Shown one piece after another: positions 30,289 to 38,931 of a stretch of 52,395 bases of DNA. The stretch comes from Chloroflexota bacterium. GTDB lineage: Bacteria > Chloroflexota > Dormibacteria > CF-121. The stretch covers positions 1 to 52,395 of the forward strand of contig VBDZ01000013.1 of the NCBI GenBank assembly GCA_005881215.1, written 5' to 3'. Within the stretch, counting starts at the first letter, position 1. The number at the start of each line of letters is the position of its first letter. The position numbers were made by a program, and so were the translations under genes. The notes below the pieces were generated by a model that was given only the letters and a program-made list of their open reading frames with translations, made no database searches and was not told the DNA's origin.

Positions 30289-31409
30289 TACACCACGTTG
30301 CGCTCGGGTTGCAGTGCGCCCGCGGCAAACCGGTCGGGCGCAAACGCGCCGAGATCCACCGGCGGCGCCCCTTTGAGCATCCACTCGGCGAGCCAGCGGC
30401 CGATCACGGGCGCCATCATGAACCCGTGGCCGCTAAAGCCGCCGGCGATCCACAGCCCTGGCTGCAACGGGCCGATCAGCGGCTGGAAGTCCGGCGTGTT
30501 CTCGTAGAGTCCTGCCCATCCGGTTTTGACGCGGGCATCGAGCAATGGCGGCCAGCGACGCTGCGCCACGGCGATGATCCGATCGAGAAACGACCAATCC
30601 AGCGTGATGTCGTCGCCTGCCGGAACCGAGTTATCACCCATCCCGAAGAGCACGCCCTCGCCCTCGGGGTGGAAATAGAACGACGTGTGAAAGTCGATGG
30701 TCATCGGGTTATCCCGCCGAATCCCGGCGAACGGGTCGGTGGTGAAGACCTGCCGGCGAGACGGCTCGATGGGAAGCGCCAGCCCGCGCCGTGCGCCGAC
30801 CGCCGCCGCCCAGGGGCCGGCGCAGATCACCGTGTCGGTGGCGAGCAGCTCGCCAGCCGCCGATCGCACCCCGCTCACGGCCGCCCCGTCATCCAGGAAG
30901 CCGTCGACCGTCGTGTCCTCGAGGATCACCGTGCCAAGCCGGCGCGCCGCGGTGGCGAATCCGTAGGTGACGTCGTTGGGCCCGGCCAGCCCATCGCTGG
31001 GGCAGAAGGTCGCCCCGGCAAGGTCGCCGGTTTCAAGTCCTGGAACGATCGCCCGAGCCTCGAGTGGGCTCAACTCCCGAACGTCCGTGACCCCGAGCCG
31101 TCGCTGCAACTGGGCCGCTTCATGGAACCGCTCGCGCTCCTCAGACGTCGATAGCAGGAAGAGATAACCGACCTGGCGGAAGTCCGCGGTCTGTCCGGTC
31201 GCCTGTGAGAAGTTCGCCAGCAGCCGCTTCGCCTCCATCCCGATCCGAATGTTGATCTCGGTGGAGAACTGCGCCCGGACGCCGCCGGCGCAAGCAGCCG
31301 TCGCACCCTGGCCGATGCGGCCGCGATCGACGACCACCACCCGCCGGCCGGCGCTGGCCAGGTAGAACGCGAGGCTGCAACCCATCACCCCGGCGCCGAT
31401 GATGGCCAC
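30288..31409 (-). CDS. FAD-dependent amine/amino-acid oxidoreductase (sarcosine oxidase beta / DAO family)
   Basis: IIGAGVMG, GAT..CAGGVR.QF, GYLFL, WAGLYENTPD..P.IG, GFSGHGFM.AP. Confidence 0.92.
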   Translation of the reverse strand: MAIIGAGVMGCSLAFYLASAGRRVVVVDRGRIGQGATAACAGGVRAQFSTEINIRIGMEAKRLLANFSQATGQTADFRQVGYLFLLSTSEERERFHEAAQLQRRLGVTDVRELSPLEARAIVPGLETGDLAGATFCPSDGLAGPNDVTYGFATAARRLGTVILEDTTVDGFLDDGAAVSGVRSAAGELLATDTVICAGPWAAAVGARRGLALPIEPSRRQVFTTDPFAGIRRDNPMTIDFHTSFYFHPEGEGVLFGMGDNSVPAGDDITLDWSFLDRIIAVAQRRWPPLLDARVKTGWAGLYENTPDFQPLIGPLQPGLWIAGGFSGHGFMMAPVIGRWLAEWMLKGAPPVDLGAFAPDRFAAGALQPERNVV

Positions 31410-31428
31410 GTCGGCGCGGCGCGCGACC

Positions 31429-32340
31429 TCAGCCGGCTTTGCCGAGTTTCACCATCCCCAGGAACTCGAAGATGAATTTCAGGGCGGCCAGACTGGTGAC
31501 GTAGCCGGCATCGAGTGGGGGCGCGACTTCGTCGACATCCAGTCCGGCCAGGCGCACGCCGCGCAGCTGGCGCAGGAAATCCAGCAACTCGCGCGAAGTC
31601 AGTCCGCCGGCGGATGGCACCCCGGTGCCCGGCGCATACGACGGATCGAGGGAATCGATGTCCAGCGAAATGTGGAGCGCGTCGGAGCCGATCCGCGACC
31701 CGATCTCATCGGCGAGCTGGCTGCCGGTCCAGCGATGCGCGGTCGCGGCGGGGACCAGGGTGACGCCCATCTTTCGAATGTATTCGACCTCTTCCCAGTC
31801 GTAGTCGCGGCAGCCGAGCAGCGTCACCTTGCGCGGGTCGATGTCCCCCAGCTCGAGCCCGCGGCGCAACGCGCACCCATTCGACCAGCGGGTGTGGCGC
31901 GAGATGTCGTTCAGGTCCGGATGGGCGTCGATATAGAGGATGCTCAGCCGCCCATTCAGCCGGCGCTGCTGCGCGACCAGGGTCGGGCTGGCGGTGGTAT
32001 GGTCGCCTCCGAGGACGAGGGGCAGCGTGCCAGCGGGCGTGGCGGCGATGTCGTTTGCCACCGCGTCGACGTTGGCGCCCATGTCACCATCGACCAGCGG
32101 CAGGTCACCGTCGTCCTGGATGGTGACGCTGTCGAACAGCTCGGCCTGCTCGCTGACCGGGGCAAAGATGGCGGACAGCCGGCGCAGCACTGCAGGCGCC
32201 TTGGCCGCACCCGGCCGGTAGAGCGAGCCACGTTCCATCGGCACGCCCACGATCCGAACATCCGGGTTCGAACCCGAGGCCGGTGGCTTGAGCCCGGCCC
32301 AGATCGAGAGCCCAGTGGTATTGAACTCGTGCTCGTTCAC
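31429..32340 (-). CDS. ureohydrolase (agmatinase/arginase family)
   Basis: RPGAA.AP, GGDH, DAHPD, SLDIDSLDP..APGTG, E..P. Confidence 0.92.
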   Translation of the reverse strand: MNEHEFNTTGLSIWAGLKPPASGSNPDVRIVGVPMERGSLYRPGAAKAPAVLRRLSAIFAPVSEQAELFDSVTIQDDGDLPLVDGDMGANVDAVANDIAATPAGTLPLVLGGDHTTASPTLVAQQRRLNGRLSILYIDAHPDLNDISRHTRWSNGCALRRGLELGDIDPRKVTLLGCRDYDWEEVEYIRKMGVTLVPAATAHRWTGSQLADEIGSRIGSDALHISLDIDSLDPSYAPGTGVPSAGGLTSRELLDFLRQLRGVRLAGLDVDEVAPPLDAGYVTSLAALKFIFEFLGMVKLGKAG

Positions 32341-33167
32341 GTTGACAAGAACGACGAAATCGCTTCAACCTGCGCCGCGATCAGGGTCGGGGTCCAACCA
32401 TGTCCGGCCGCCTCGATAACCCGGATCTCCGCCTGGGGCACGAGCTGCCGCAGGTTGCGGATGGCGTCGACGTCAACCGTGCGATCGTCCGCGGCCACCA
32501 CCACCAGCGCCGGCTTGCGCCAGGTCTTGAGGAACTCGCGATAGTCGCGGGTAATCCCGTCGCGCAGCCACTGGCGGGCCGCCCGGCCATCCGCCCGGTG
32601 CTGGTTGTCGAAATTCACCTGGGCGTCGTAGGGATCGACGCCGGGACCTTCGACCAGGAACCGCTTGTAGAGATCCGACACTGTCCGGTTCCGGCGCAGC
32701 CGGTCGACGCACCAGAAGACCGGGCCGGCGGTGAAGATGGCCACCTGGCGCTTGAAAGCGGTCCGCAAGGTCTGCGGCGAATAGATCGGCGTGTGCAAGA
32801 CGAGGCGGGCGATCCGGTCGCGAAAGCGCGAGGCGTACTCCAGCGCGACCGTGGCGCCCAGGCAGATGCCTCCCACATCGTGCTCGCCGAGCCCCAATCG
32901 GTCGACAAAGGCCCGAAGAAACTCCGCATGGCTGCCCACGGTGAAGGGCGGCTCGCCGGCCGCCGTCTCACCACATCCCGGCAGGTCGGGGATCAGCACT
33001 CGGCGGTGTCCGGCAAAGGCCGGCCCCCAGGTGTGGAAGTTCTCGAGCGAGCCGATGAAGCCGTGACATAACAGCAGCGGCTGGCCCGATCCCTGGTCGA
33101 GGTAGCGGACCCGTCGCTGCCCGACGTCGATGAACTGGATATGTTGCGTACTGACCGCGGTCGCTAT
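32337..33167 (-). CDS. alpha/beta hydrolase with Cys nucleophile (start uncertain)
   Basis: LLCHGF, PDLPGCG, elbow GICLG, D in AADD, H in AGHGW. Confidence 0.87.
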   Translation of the reverse strand: MATAVSTQHIQFIDVGQRRVRYLDQGSGQPLLLCHGFIGSLENFHTWGPAFAGHRRVLIPDLPGCGETAAGEPPFTVGSHAEFLRAFVDRLGLGEHDVGGICLGATVALEYASRFRDRIARLVLHTPIYSPQTLRTAFKRQVAIFTAGPVFWCVDRLRRNRTVSDLYKRFLVEGPGVDPYDAQVNFDNQHRADGRAARQWLRDGITRDYREFLKTWRKPALVVVAADDRTVDVDAIRNLRQLVPQAEIRVIEAAGHGWTPTLIAAQVEAISSFLST

Positions 33168-34681
33168 TCTCCCGTGTCGATCTGCGCCTTCTGCAGACGA
33201 CCGCTGTAGTCGACGTAGATGGTCTTCCACTCGGTGAACTCATCGAGCGCGACGGTGCCGGCTTCGCGGTGACCGTTGCCGGTGTTCTTCACGCCGCCAA
33301 AGGGCAGCTGAATCTCGGCGCCGATGGTGGGCGCGTTGACATACACGATGCCCGATTGCATCTCTTCCATGGCGTGAAAGGCCTTGCGCAGGTCGTTGGT
33401 GTAGATCGACATCGACAGTCCGTACTGGGTCGAGTTGGCGACGTCGAGCGCCTCCTCCAGATTGCTGACCGGCATCACGAGGGTGGAGGGGCCGAAGATC
33501 TCCTCCTGCGCCATCCGCATGTCCTTGCGGCCGTCGGCGAAGATGGTCGGCCGGTAGAACCAGCCCTCGGAGCCGGCGAAGTCGCCGCCGTGGACCAGCC
33601 GGGCGTGCTCCTTCTTGCCGATCTCGGTGTACTCGTGCACCTTCTTGAGCGCCGCCTCGTTGATCACCGGACCCATGTCGGTGTCCGGCTGCAGGCCGTC
33701 GCCCACCTTCATCTTGGCCGCCCGCTCCTGGAGTTGGTCGGTGAAGTCTTTCTCGACTTTCTTGTCGACGATCAAGCGGGAAGCGGCGGTGCAGCGCTGC
33801 CCGGACGTGCCAAAGGCCGCCCAGAGCGCACCGTCGACCGCCAGCGGTAGATCGGCGTCGTCGAGGACGACGATGGCATTCTTGCCGCCGAGCTCCAACC
33901 CCAAGCGCTTCAGGTTGTGGCCGGCAATCTCCGCGATGTGCCGCCCGGCGGCCGTGGAGCCGGTGAACGAGATGCCCTGCACCCGCGGATCCTTGACCAG
34001 CACGTCACCCACGTCGGCGCCGCTGCCGGTCACGAGGTTCAGGACACCGCCTGGCAGACCCGCCTCTTCGAGGATCTCGACCAGCTTGGTGGCGATGATC
34101 GGCGTGTCCGACGCGGGCTTGAAGACCACGGTGTTGCCGGCCATCACGGCCGGGAAGATCTTCCAGGAGGGGATCGCCATCGGAAAGTTCCAGGGCGTGA
34201 TACAGGCGACCACGCCCAGGGGGACCCGCTCGGTCATGCACCACTTGTTGCGCAGCTCGGACGGCACCGTCTCCCCGTGCGGGTGCCGTCCCAGGCCGGC
34301 GGCGTACTTGCCCATGTCGATCGCTTCCTGGACGTCTCCGCCCGTCTCCTTGAGGACCTTGCCCATCTCCTGGGTCATCAGCCGGGCGAGCTCGTCTTTA
34401 CGCTGCTCGATGATCAGCGCCGCCTTGAGGACGATCTCGCCCCGCGCCGGCGCCGGCGTGTGCCGCCACCCGGAGAACGCCTTGTGCGCCGCCTCGATGG
34501 CGGCGTTGACGTCGTCGGCATTCGACGCTTGCATCACCCCGAGGACCTGGTCCTTATGCGCCGGGTTTAGCGAGGTGAAGGTCTTTCCGCTCTTCGACTC
34601 CACCCACCGACCGCCGATGTAGTTCTTGTAGGTCTTCGCCTCGGTTCGCTTGCCACGTTCGGTCGTCATCGTCTGGCTCAT
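33164..34681 (-). CDS. NAD(P)-dependent aldehyde dehydrogenase
   Basis: ITPWNFP, FTGST, LELGGKN, GQRCTA, EEIFGP, PFGG.K; GGAGG SD; ATGA overlap. Confidence 0.96.
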   Translation of the reverse strand: MSQTMTTERGKRTEAKTYKNYIGGRWVESKSGKTFTSLNPAHKDQVLGVMQASNADDVNAAIEAAHKAFSGWRHTPAPARGEIVLKAALIIEQRKDELARLMTQEMGKVLKETGGDVQEAIDMGKYAAGLGRHPHGETVPSELRNKWCMTERVPLGVVACITPWNFPMAIPSWKIFPAVMAGNTVVFKPASDTPIIATKLVEILEEAGLPGGVLNLVTGSGADVGDVLVKDPRVQGISFTGSTAAGRHIAEIAGHNLKRLGLELGGKNAIVVLDDADLPLAVDGALWAAFGTSGQRCTAASRLIVDKKVEKDFTDQLQERAAKMKVGDGLQPDTDMGPVINEAALKKVHEYTEIGKKEHARLVHGGDFAGSEGWFYRPTIFADGRKDMRMAQEEIFGPSTLVMPVSNLEEALDVANSTQYGLSMSIYTNDLRKAFHAMEEMQSGIVYVNAPTIGAEIQLPFGGVKNTGNGHREAGTVALDEFTEWKTIYVDYSGRLQKAQIDTGE

Positions 34682-35994
34682 GCCGCCACCTCCTGAAACG
34701 CACCGTTTAAGATCTCCCATCCTTCGTCGAGCTCCGCCTGCGAAATGTTGAGCGGTGGCACCAGCCGCAGGACGTTGTCATGCGGGCCACAGCTGAGCAC
34801 CACCATGCCGGAATCGAGACACACCTGCCGGATTTTTTTCTGCAGCTCCTTGTTCGGTGAGCCGTCCGGGTTGACCAGTTCGACGCCCACCATCAAGCCC
34901 AGGCCGCGCACCTCCCCGATGGCCGGCGACTGTTGCTGCAAACGGCGCAGCCGACGCAGCAGGTCGTTACCCTTTTCAGTGGCGTTCGCCAGGATGCCAT
35001 CCCGCTCGAAGACCTCCAGGGTGGCCACGGCGGCGGCGCAGGAGACAGGGTTGCCGCCGAAGGTCGATCCATGCGCGGCCGGCTCCCACTGGTCCATCAG
35101 TTTCGAGCTGGCCACCACCGCGCTCAGCGGCAGACCGGAGGCGATCGACTTGGCCAGCGTCATGATGTCGGGCACCACGCCCGTGTGCTCGCAGGCGAAC
35201 ATCTTCCCGGTACGGCCATAGCCGCTCTGCACCTCATCGGCGATCAGCAGGATGCCGTGCTGGTCGCAGAGCGCTCGCAGCCGCGGCATGAAGCCGGCCG
35301 GTGGCACCACGTATCCGCCCTCGCCCAACACCGGCTCCACGATGAAGGCAGCGATGTTGCGCGGCGGGACCCGAGTGTCGAGCATCTCCTCGATGAAGTC
35401 GAAGACATAGGTCAGCGTCGCCTCCTCCCCTGGTCCGCTGGGGTTGCGATACGGGTAGGGGTAGGGCGCGTGGTAGACGCCCGGCAGGAAGGGTTCGTAG
35501 CGCTCTCGGTAGTAGCTCTTCGACGCGGTCAACGAGAGCGCGCCGTAGGTGCGCCCGTGGAAGGCGCCCTGGAAGGCGATCAACGCGGACCGGCCGGTGG
35601 TGTAGCGCGCCAGCTTGATCGCCCCCTCGACCGCCTCCGCGCCACTGTTCGCGAAGAAGACCTTGTCGAGCTTGCCGGGCGCCACGGCGGCGATCCGCTC
35701 GGCCAGCTCGATCGCCGGCTCATGGTGGGCCACCACCGAGGTATGCACCAGCCTGTCGAGCTGCTCGTGGGCGGCGCGCAGCACGTCAGGGTGTCCGTGG
35801 CCGAGGTTGGTGACGGCGATCCCCGAGGCGAAGTCGAGGTAGCGGCGGCCGTCGACCGCGTACAGGTACGAACCCTGGGCGTGATCGATCACCAGCGGGG
35901 TGTAGCGGTAAAGAACCTGGGAGAGGTGGGCGCGTTCCCGCGCCAGCCACTCCTCCTGGCTACCGTCGGCGGGGTTTTCTTTGACGAGTCTCAT
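34678..35994 (-). CDS. class III PLP aminotransferase (GabT / omega-aminotransferase-like)
   Basis: YLDFASGI, NSGAEAVE, FHGRT, EPVLGEGG, DEVQSG.GRTG, AKSIASG, HGSTFGGNP; AAGGAGG SD. Confidence 0.95.
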   Translation of the reverse strand: MRLVKENPADGSQEEWLARERAHLSQVLYRYTPLVIDHAQGSYLYAVDGRRYLDFASGIAVTNLGHGHPDVLRAAHEQLDRLVHTSVVAHHEPAIELAERIAAVAPGKLDKVFFANSGAEAVEGAIKLARYTTGRSALIAFQGAFHGRTYGALSLTASKSYYRERYEPFLPGVYHAPYPYPYRNPSGPGEEATLTYVFDFIEEMLDTRVPPRNIAAFIVEPVLGEGGYVVPPAGFMPRLRALCDQHGILLIADEVQSGYGRTGKMFACEHTGVVPDIMTLAKSIASGLPLSAVVASSKLMDQWEPAAHGSTFGGNPVSCAAAVATLEVFERDGILANATEKGNDLLRRLRRLQQQSPAIGEVRGLGLMVGVELVNPDGSPNKELQKKIRQVCLDSGMVVLSCGPHDNVLRLVPPLNISQAELDEGWEILNGAFQEVAA

Positions 35995-36100
35995 AGAGCC
36001 TCCTTGTTTGCGCATCCGGATCGGACACCTGGCCGAAGCCGGCTGCTGGCGGAGGCTGCCCGTCGGTCGAAGCCCACCAGGTACAGCTGATACCTGCGTG

Positions 36101-36159
36101 AATCATGGTTGTGCCGAATTCAACGGCGAGCTAATGGTAGTTCTTTGTCCATTTTCACC
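36101..36159 (-). promoter_or_regulatory. putative promoter (-10 CATGAT) with two N7-ACAA operator-like sites upstream of the aminotransferase operon
   Basis: Minus strand carries GGTG-N7-ACAA and TTGA-N7-ACAA 36 bp apart, then CATGAT. Confidence 0.4.
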
Positions 36160-36196
36160 CTCCCCCCTTGCGGGGGAGGGTCGGGGTGGGGGGTTC
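36158..36196. repeat. REP-like palindromic element, copy 1
   Basis: CCCTCCCCC-loop-GGGGGAGGG hairpin plus GGGGTGGGGGG tail; 36/39 nt identical to copy 2. Confidence 0.88.
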
Positions 36197-36197
36197 C

Positions 36198-36923
36198 TCA
36201 GCGAGAGGTCGCCGGATTGAGCTTGGCCGCCTGGCGTGGGGCCCGCTGGGCGGACAGGAATCCGCCGAACATCACCAGGACGCCGATCGCCTGCCCGACG
36301 TAGAAGAGCTCGTAAACGTGGAACACCCGGAACAGCGTCGACGCTCCGGCCACGATGAAGGCGCCCGCGGCAATCAGGACGTTGGCCACCAGTCGCGATT
36401 GGGCGCCACCCCGGCGCCAGGCGCTGACGGCCGACCAGGCGGCCCCCCCGATCAGGATCACGGACCCGACGCTGTTGAGCAGCGCCGCCATCAGGATGGC
36501 CACCACGTTGAAGGCCCCCTTCTCCAGCTTGATGGTATCGACAGACGGCACCTGGTGGGTATCGAGCAGACCCGGTTGCAGCGTCGCCCCGACGATCCCG
36601 GCGAGGCCGATCCCGGCCAGCACCACCAGGATCAAGAGCGCGGCTCGCCCGAAACGGGGCGCCAGCAGGTAGATCGTCCCCAACGCCAGGACCCCGACCA
36701 CCGTGATCCCGCCGAAGTAGTAGTAGACCCGGTACAGCAACGGGTTCCAGCCGCCCGCCGCCCCGATCACTTCGGCGAGCGCCGCCACCGCGTAGATGGC
36801 GAGGGCGATCGACCACGCCAGCAGGTAGGCTCGGGGCTTGCGCCGGTACTGCCGCCACAGCGTCACCGCGAACGCGGCGCTGATCATGGTCGCGACCAGG
36901 GGGTAGAAGATCACGCTTTCCAC
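36198..36923 (-). CDS. stand-alone 7-TM membrane protein
   Basis: About 7 hydrophobic helices with W..AL, GW...YR.YY..G pattern; no cytoplasmic output domain. Confidence 0.82.
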   Translation of the reverse strand: MESVIFYPLVATMISAAFAVTLWRQYRRKPRAYLLAWSIALAIYAVAALAEVIGAAGGWNPLLYRVYYYFGGITVVGVLALGTIYLLAPRFGRAALLILVVLAGIGLAGIVGATLQPGLLDTHQVPSVDTIKLEKGAFNVVAILMAALLNSVGSVILIGGAAWSAVSAWRRGGAQSRLVANVLIAAGAFIVAGASTLFRVFHVYELFYVGQAIGVLVMFGGFLSAQRAPRQAAKLNPATSR

Positions 36924-36962
36924 AGTTTATTTCAAAGCCGATTTTCCGAATGCGCACACCTC

Positions 36963-36993
36963 TTGACAGGACGTACAGCGGCGCGCTTATAGT
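36963..36993 (+). promoter_or_regulatory. sigma70-type promoter of the amidase gene (19-bp spacer)
   Basis: TTGACA (36963-36968) and TATAGT (36988-36993); AAAGGAGG SD before ATG 37050. Confidence 0.6.
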
Positions 36994-37049
36994 CGCGACG
37001 TTGGGGTCATTCCGGGGCAGCGTGCCGCCGGTCATGAAAGGAGGATTTC

Positions 37050-38798
37050 ATGTCGGACGATCCATCCGTGGGTTTGACGCGTCGAGACGTGCTCAGGCTG
37101 GGCGCTCTGGCCGGCGCCGGAGCGTCGCTCGCCCCGCTGGCCGCGTCGCCAGTCGCAGCAGCCGCGGCCGCGACCGCGCCCAGCGACTTCAGCGAGATGA
37201 CCGTCGCCCAGCTCCAGGGATTGATGGGTGCCGGGCAGGCGCGCTCGACCGACCTGGTCAACTTCTATCTCCGCCGAATCCAGGCCCTGGACCAGGGCGG
37301 ACCCTTCGTCAATTCCGTGATCGAGCTCAATCCGGATGCCCAGGCCATCGCCCAGCAGCTCGACGCGGAGCGCCAGGCCGGGCACGTGCGCGGCCCATTG
37401 CACGGGGTCCCGGTGCTGCTCAAGGACAACGTCGACACCGGCGACCGGATGCAGTCCGCGGCCGGCTCGCTGGCGCTGGTGGGAACGCCCGCGACGCAGG
37501 ACGCGACGATGGCCGCCAATCTCCGAAGCGCCGGCGCCGTGATCCTGGGCAAGACCACCCTGAGCGAGTGGGCAAACTTCCGCTCCTTCTTCTCGACCAG
37601 CGGCTGGTCCGGGCGGGGCGGCCAGTGTAACAACCCCTATGCCATCGATCGCAATCCCTGTGGCTCGAGTTCGGGCTCGGCCGCGGCGGCCGCCGCGAAT
37701 TTCACGGCAGTCTCCATCGGCACGGAAACGGACGGCAGCATCGTCTGCCCCGCCAATCACCACGCGGTGGCGGGGATCAAGCCGACCGTCGGCCTGGTCA
37801 GCCGGGCCGGGGTGGTCCCGATTTCTCACACCCAGGACACCGTCGGGCCTCACACTCGAACGATCGCCGACGCGGCCGCCGTCCTCACCGCGATCGCCCA
37901 GCGCACGCCTGATCCCAGAGATGCCGCCACCAGGCCCCACCGAAACCTCGTCAAGTCTGACTACACCTCGTTTCTCGATCCCAATGGGCTCAGCGGCGCT
38001 CAGATCGGGGTCATCCGGGATTATTCCGGACTGAGCCCGCACACGGATGATGTCTTCGAAGCGGCGCTGACCGCGATGCGCAACGCTGGTGCGGTACTGG
38101 TCGACCCCCTATCCTTCCCACACATCAGCGACATCAACAATGGCACCGCTGAGTTCACCGTTCTGCTCTACGACTTCAAGGCAGACCTCAACAAGTACCT
38201 TGCCGGGCGCAGCGGCGTGCCGATCCATTCGCTGCAAGACGCCATCAACTTCAACAACGCGCACATCGACCAGGAGATGCCGTTCTTCGCCCAGGAGATC
38301 TTCGATCTGGCCCAGACGTTCGCGGTGGGCCCGAACACCGGAGACGTGATCCAGCCGCTGGGACTCTCGTACAACCAGGCGCTGGCTCAGGACACCCTGT
38401 TTGGCGCGACCGAGGGCATCGATTTGCTGCTGAGCCAGAACCATCTGGACGCGCTCGTTGCGCCAACCGATACGCCCTCCTGGCCCACTGACCTGATCAA
38501 TGGCGATCACTTTGTCTTCGGCAGCTCGACGGCCCCGGCCATCGTCGGCTACCCGATCATCAACATGCCGATGGGCTTCTCGTTTGGGGTTCCGGTCGGC
38601 ATTTCCTTTATGGGCACCGCCTTCAGCGAACCGATCTTGATCAAGCTCGCGTCCGGCTTCGAGCACGCGACCCCGGCGCGCAAGCCGCCGAAGTTCCTCG
38701 CGACGCTGCCGTTCAACACCAAGGGTGCGCCAACCCCGACCCGGGTCCATCGCCGCCGCAACGTTCCACAGGGACGGGTGGCCCCCTTCCGAATCTAA
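37050..38798 (+). CDS. amidase signature family enzyme with twin-arginine signal
   Basis: LTRRDVL Tat motif, LLKDN (Lys), GSSSGS, GTETDGSI.CPA. Confidence 0.93.
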   Translation: MSDDPSVGLTRRDVLRLGALAGAGASLAPLAASPVAAAAAATAPSDFSEMTVAQLQGLMGAGQARSTDLVNFYLRRIQALDQGGPFVNSVIELNPDAQAIAQQLDAERQAGHVRGPLHGVPVLLKDNVDTGDRMQSAAGSLALVGTPATQDATMAANLRSAGAVILGKTTLSEWANFRSFFSTSGWSGRGGQCNNPYAIDRNPCGSSSGSAAAAAANFTAVSIGTETDGSIVCPANHHAVAGIKPTVGLVSRAGVVPISHTQDTVGPHTRTIADAAAVLTAIAQRTPDPRDAATRPHRNLVKSDYTSFLDPNGLSGAQIGVIRDYSGLSPHTDDVFEAALTAMRNAGAVLVDPLSFPHISDINNGTAEFTVLLYDFKADLNKYLAGRSGVPIHSLQDAINFNNAHIDQEMPFFAQEIFDLAQTFAVGPNTGDVIQPLGLSYNQALAQDTLFGATEGIDLLLSQNHLDALVAPTDTPSWPTDLINGDHFVFGSSTAPAIVGYPIINMPMGFSFGVPVGISFMGTAFSEPILIKLASGFEHATPARKPPKFLATLPFNTKGAPTPTRVHRRRNVPQGRVAPFRI

Positions 38799-38845
38799 GC
38801 CTCGACGACCGTTCAAGGGGGTGGCCTTACCAGGGCCGCCCCTCC

Positions 38846-38854
38846 TTGTCCACA
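38846..38854 (+). promoter_or_regulatory. DnaA-box-like 9-mer TTGTCCACA upstream of parA
   Basis: One mismatch from TTATCCACA, inside the palindrome CCTTGT-CC-ACAAGG, 9 nt before TTGACT (-35-like). Confidence 0.4.
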
Positions 38855-38931
38855 AGGCCGAACTTGACTGGGCGGCCGTATTACCGTTAAATAGCCGCAG
38901 CCACGTTCCAGCACAGAGGTCTAGCACTCGT

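Noticed and set aside
31410-31450. Non-canonical start for the FAD oxidase
   Set aside because: GTG 31409 still includes the GxGxxG strand, and an in-frame stop lies shortly upstream, so the evidence is insufficient.
35995-36100. Guanidine-II/III or other known riboswitch upstream of the ureohydrolase operon
   Set aside because: No paired ACGR-loop hairpins or other recognisable consensus; kept only as a generic structured leader.
38799-38931. oriC or parS near parA
   Set aside because: Only one DnaA-box-like 9-mer, no AT-rich unwinding element, no TGTTTCACGTGAAACA-like site, and no dnaA/parB.
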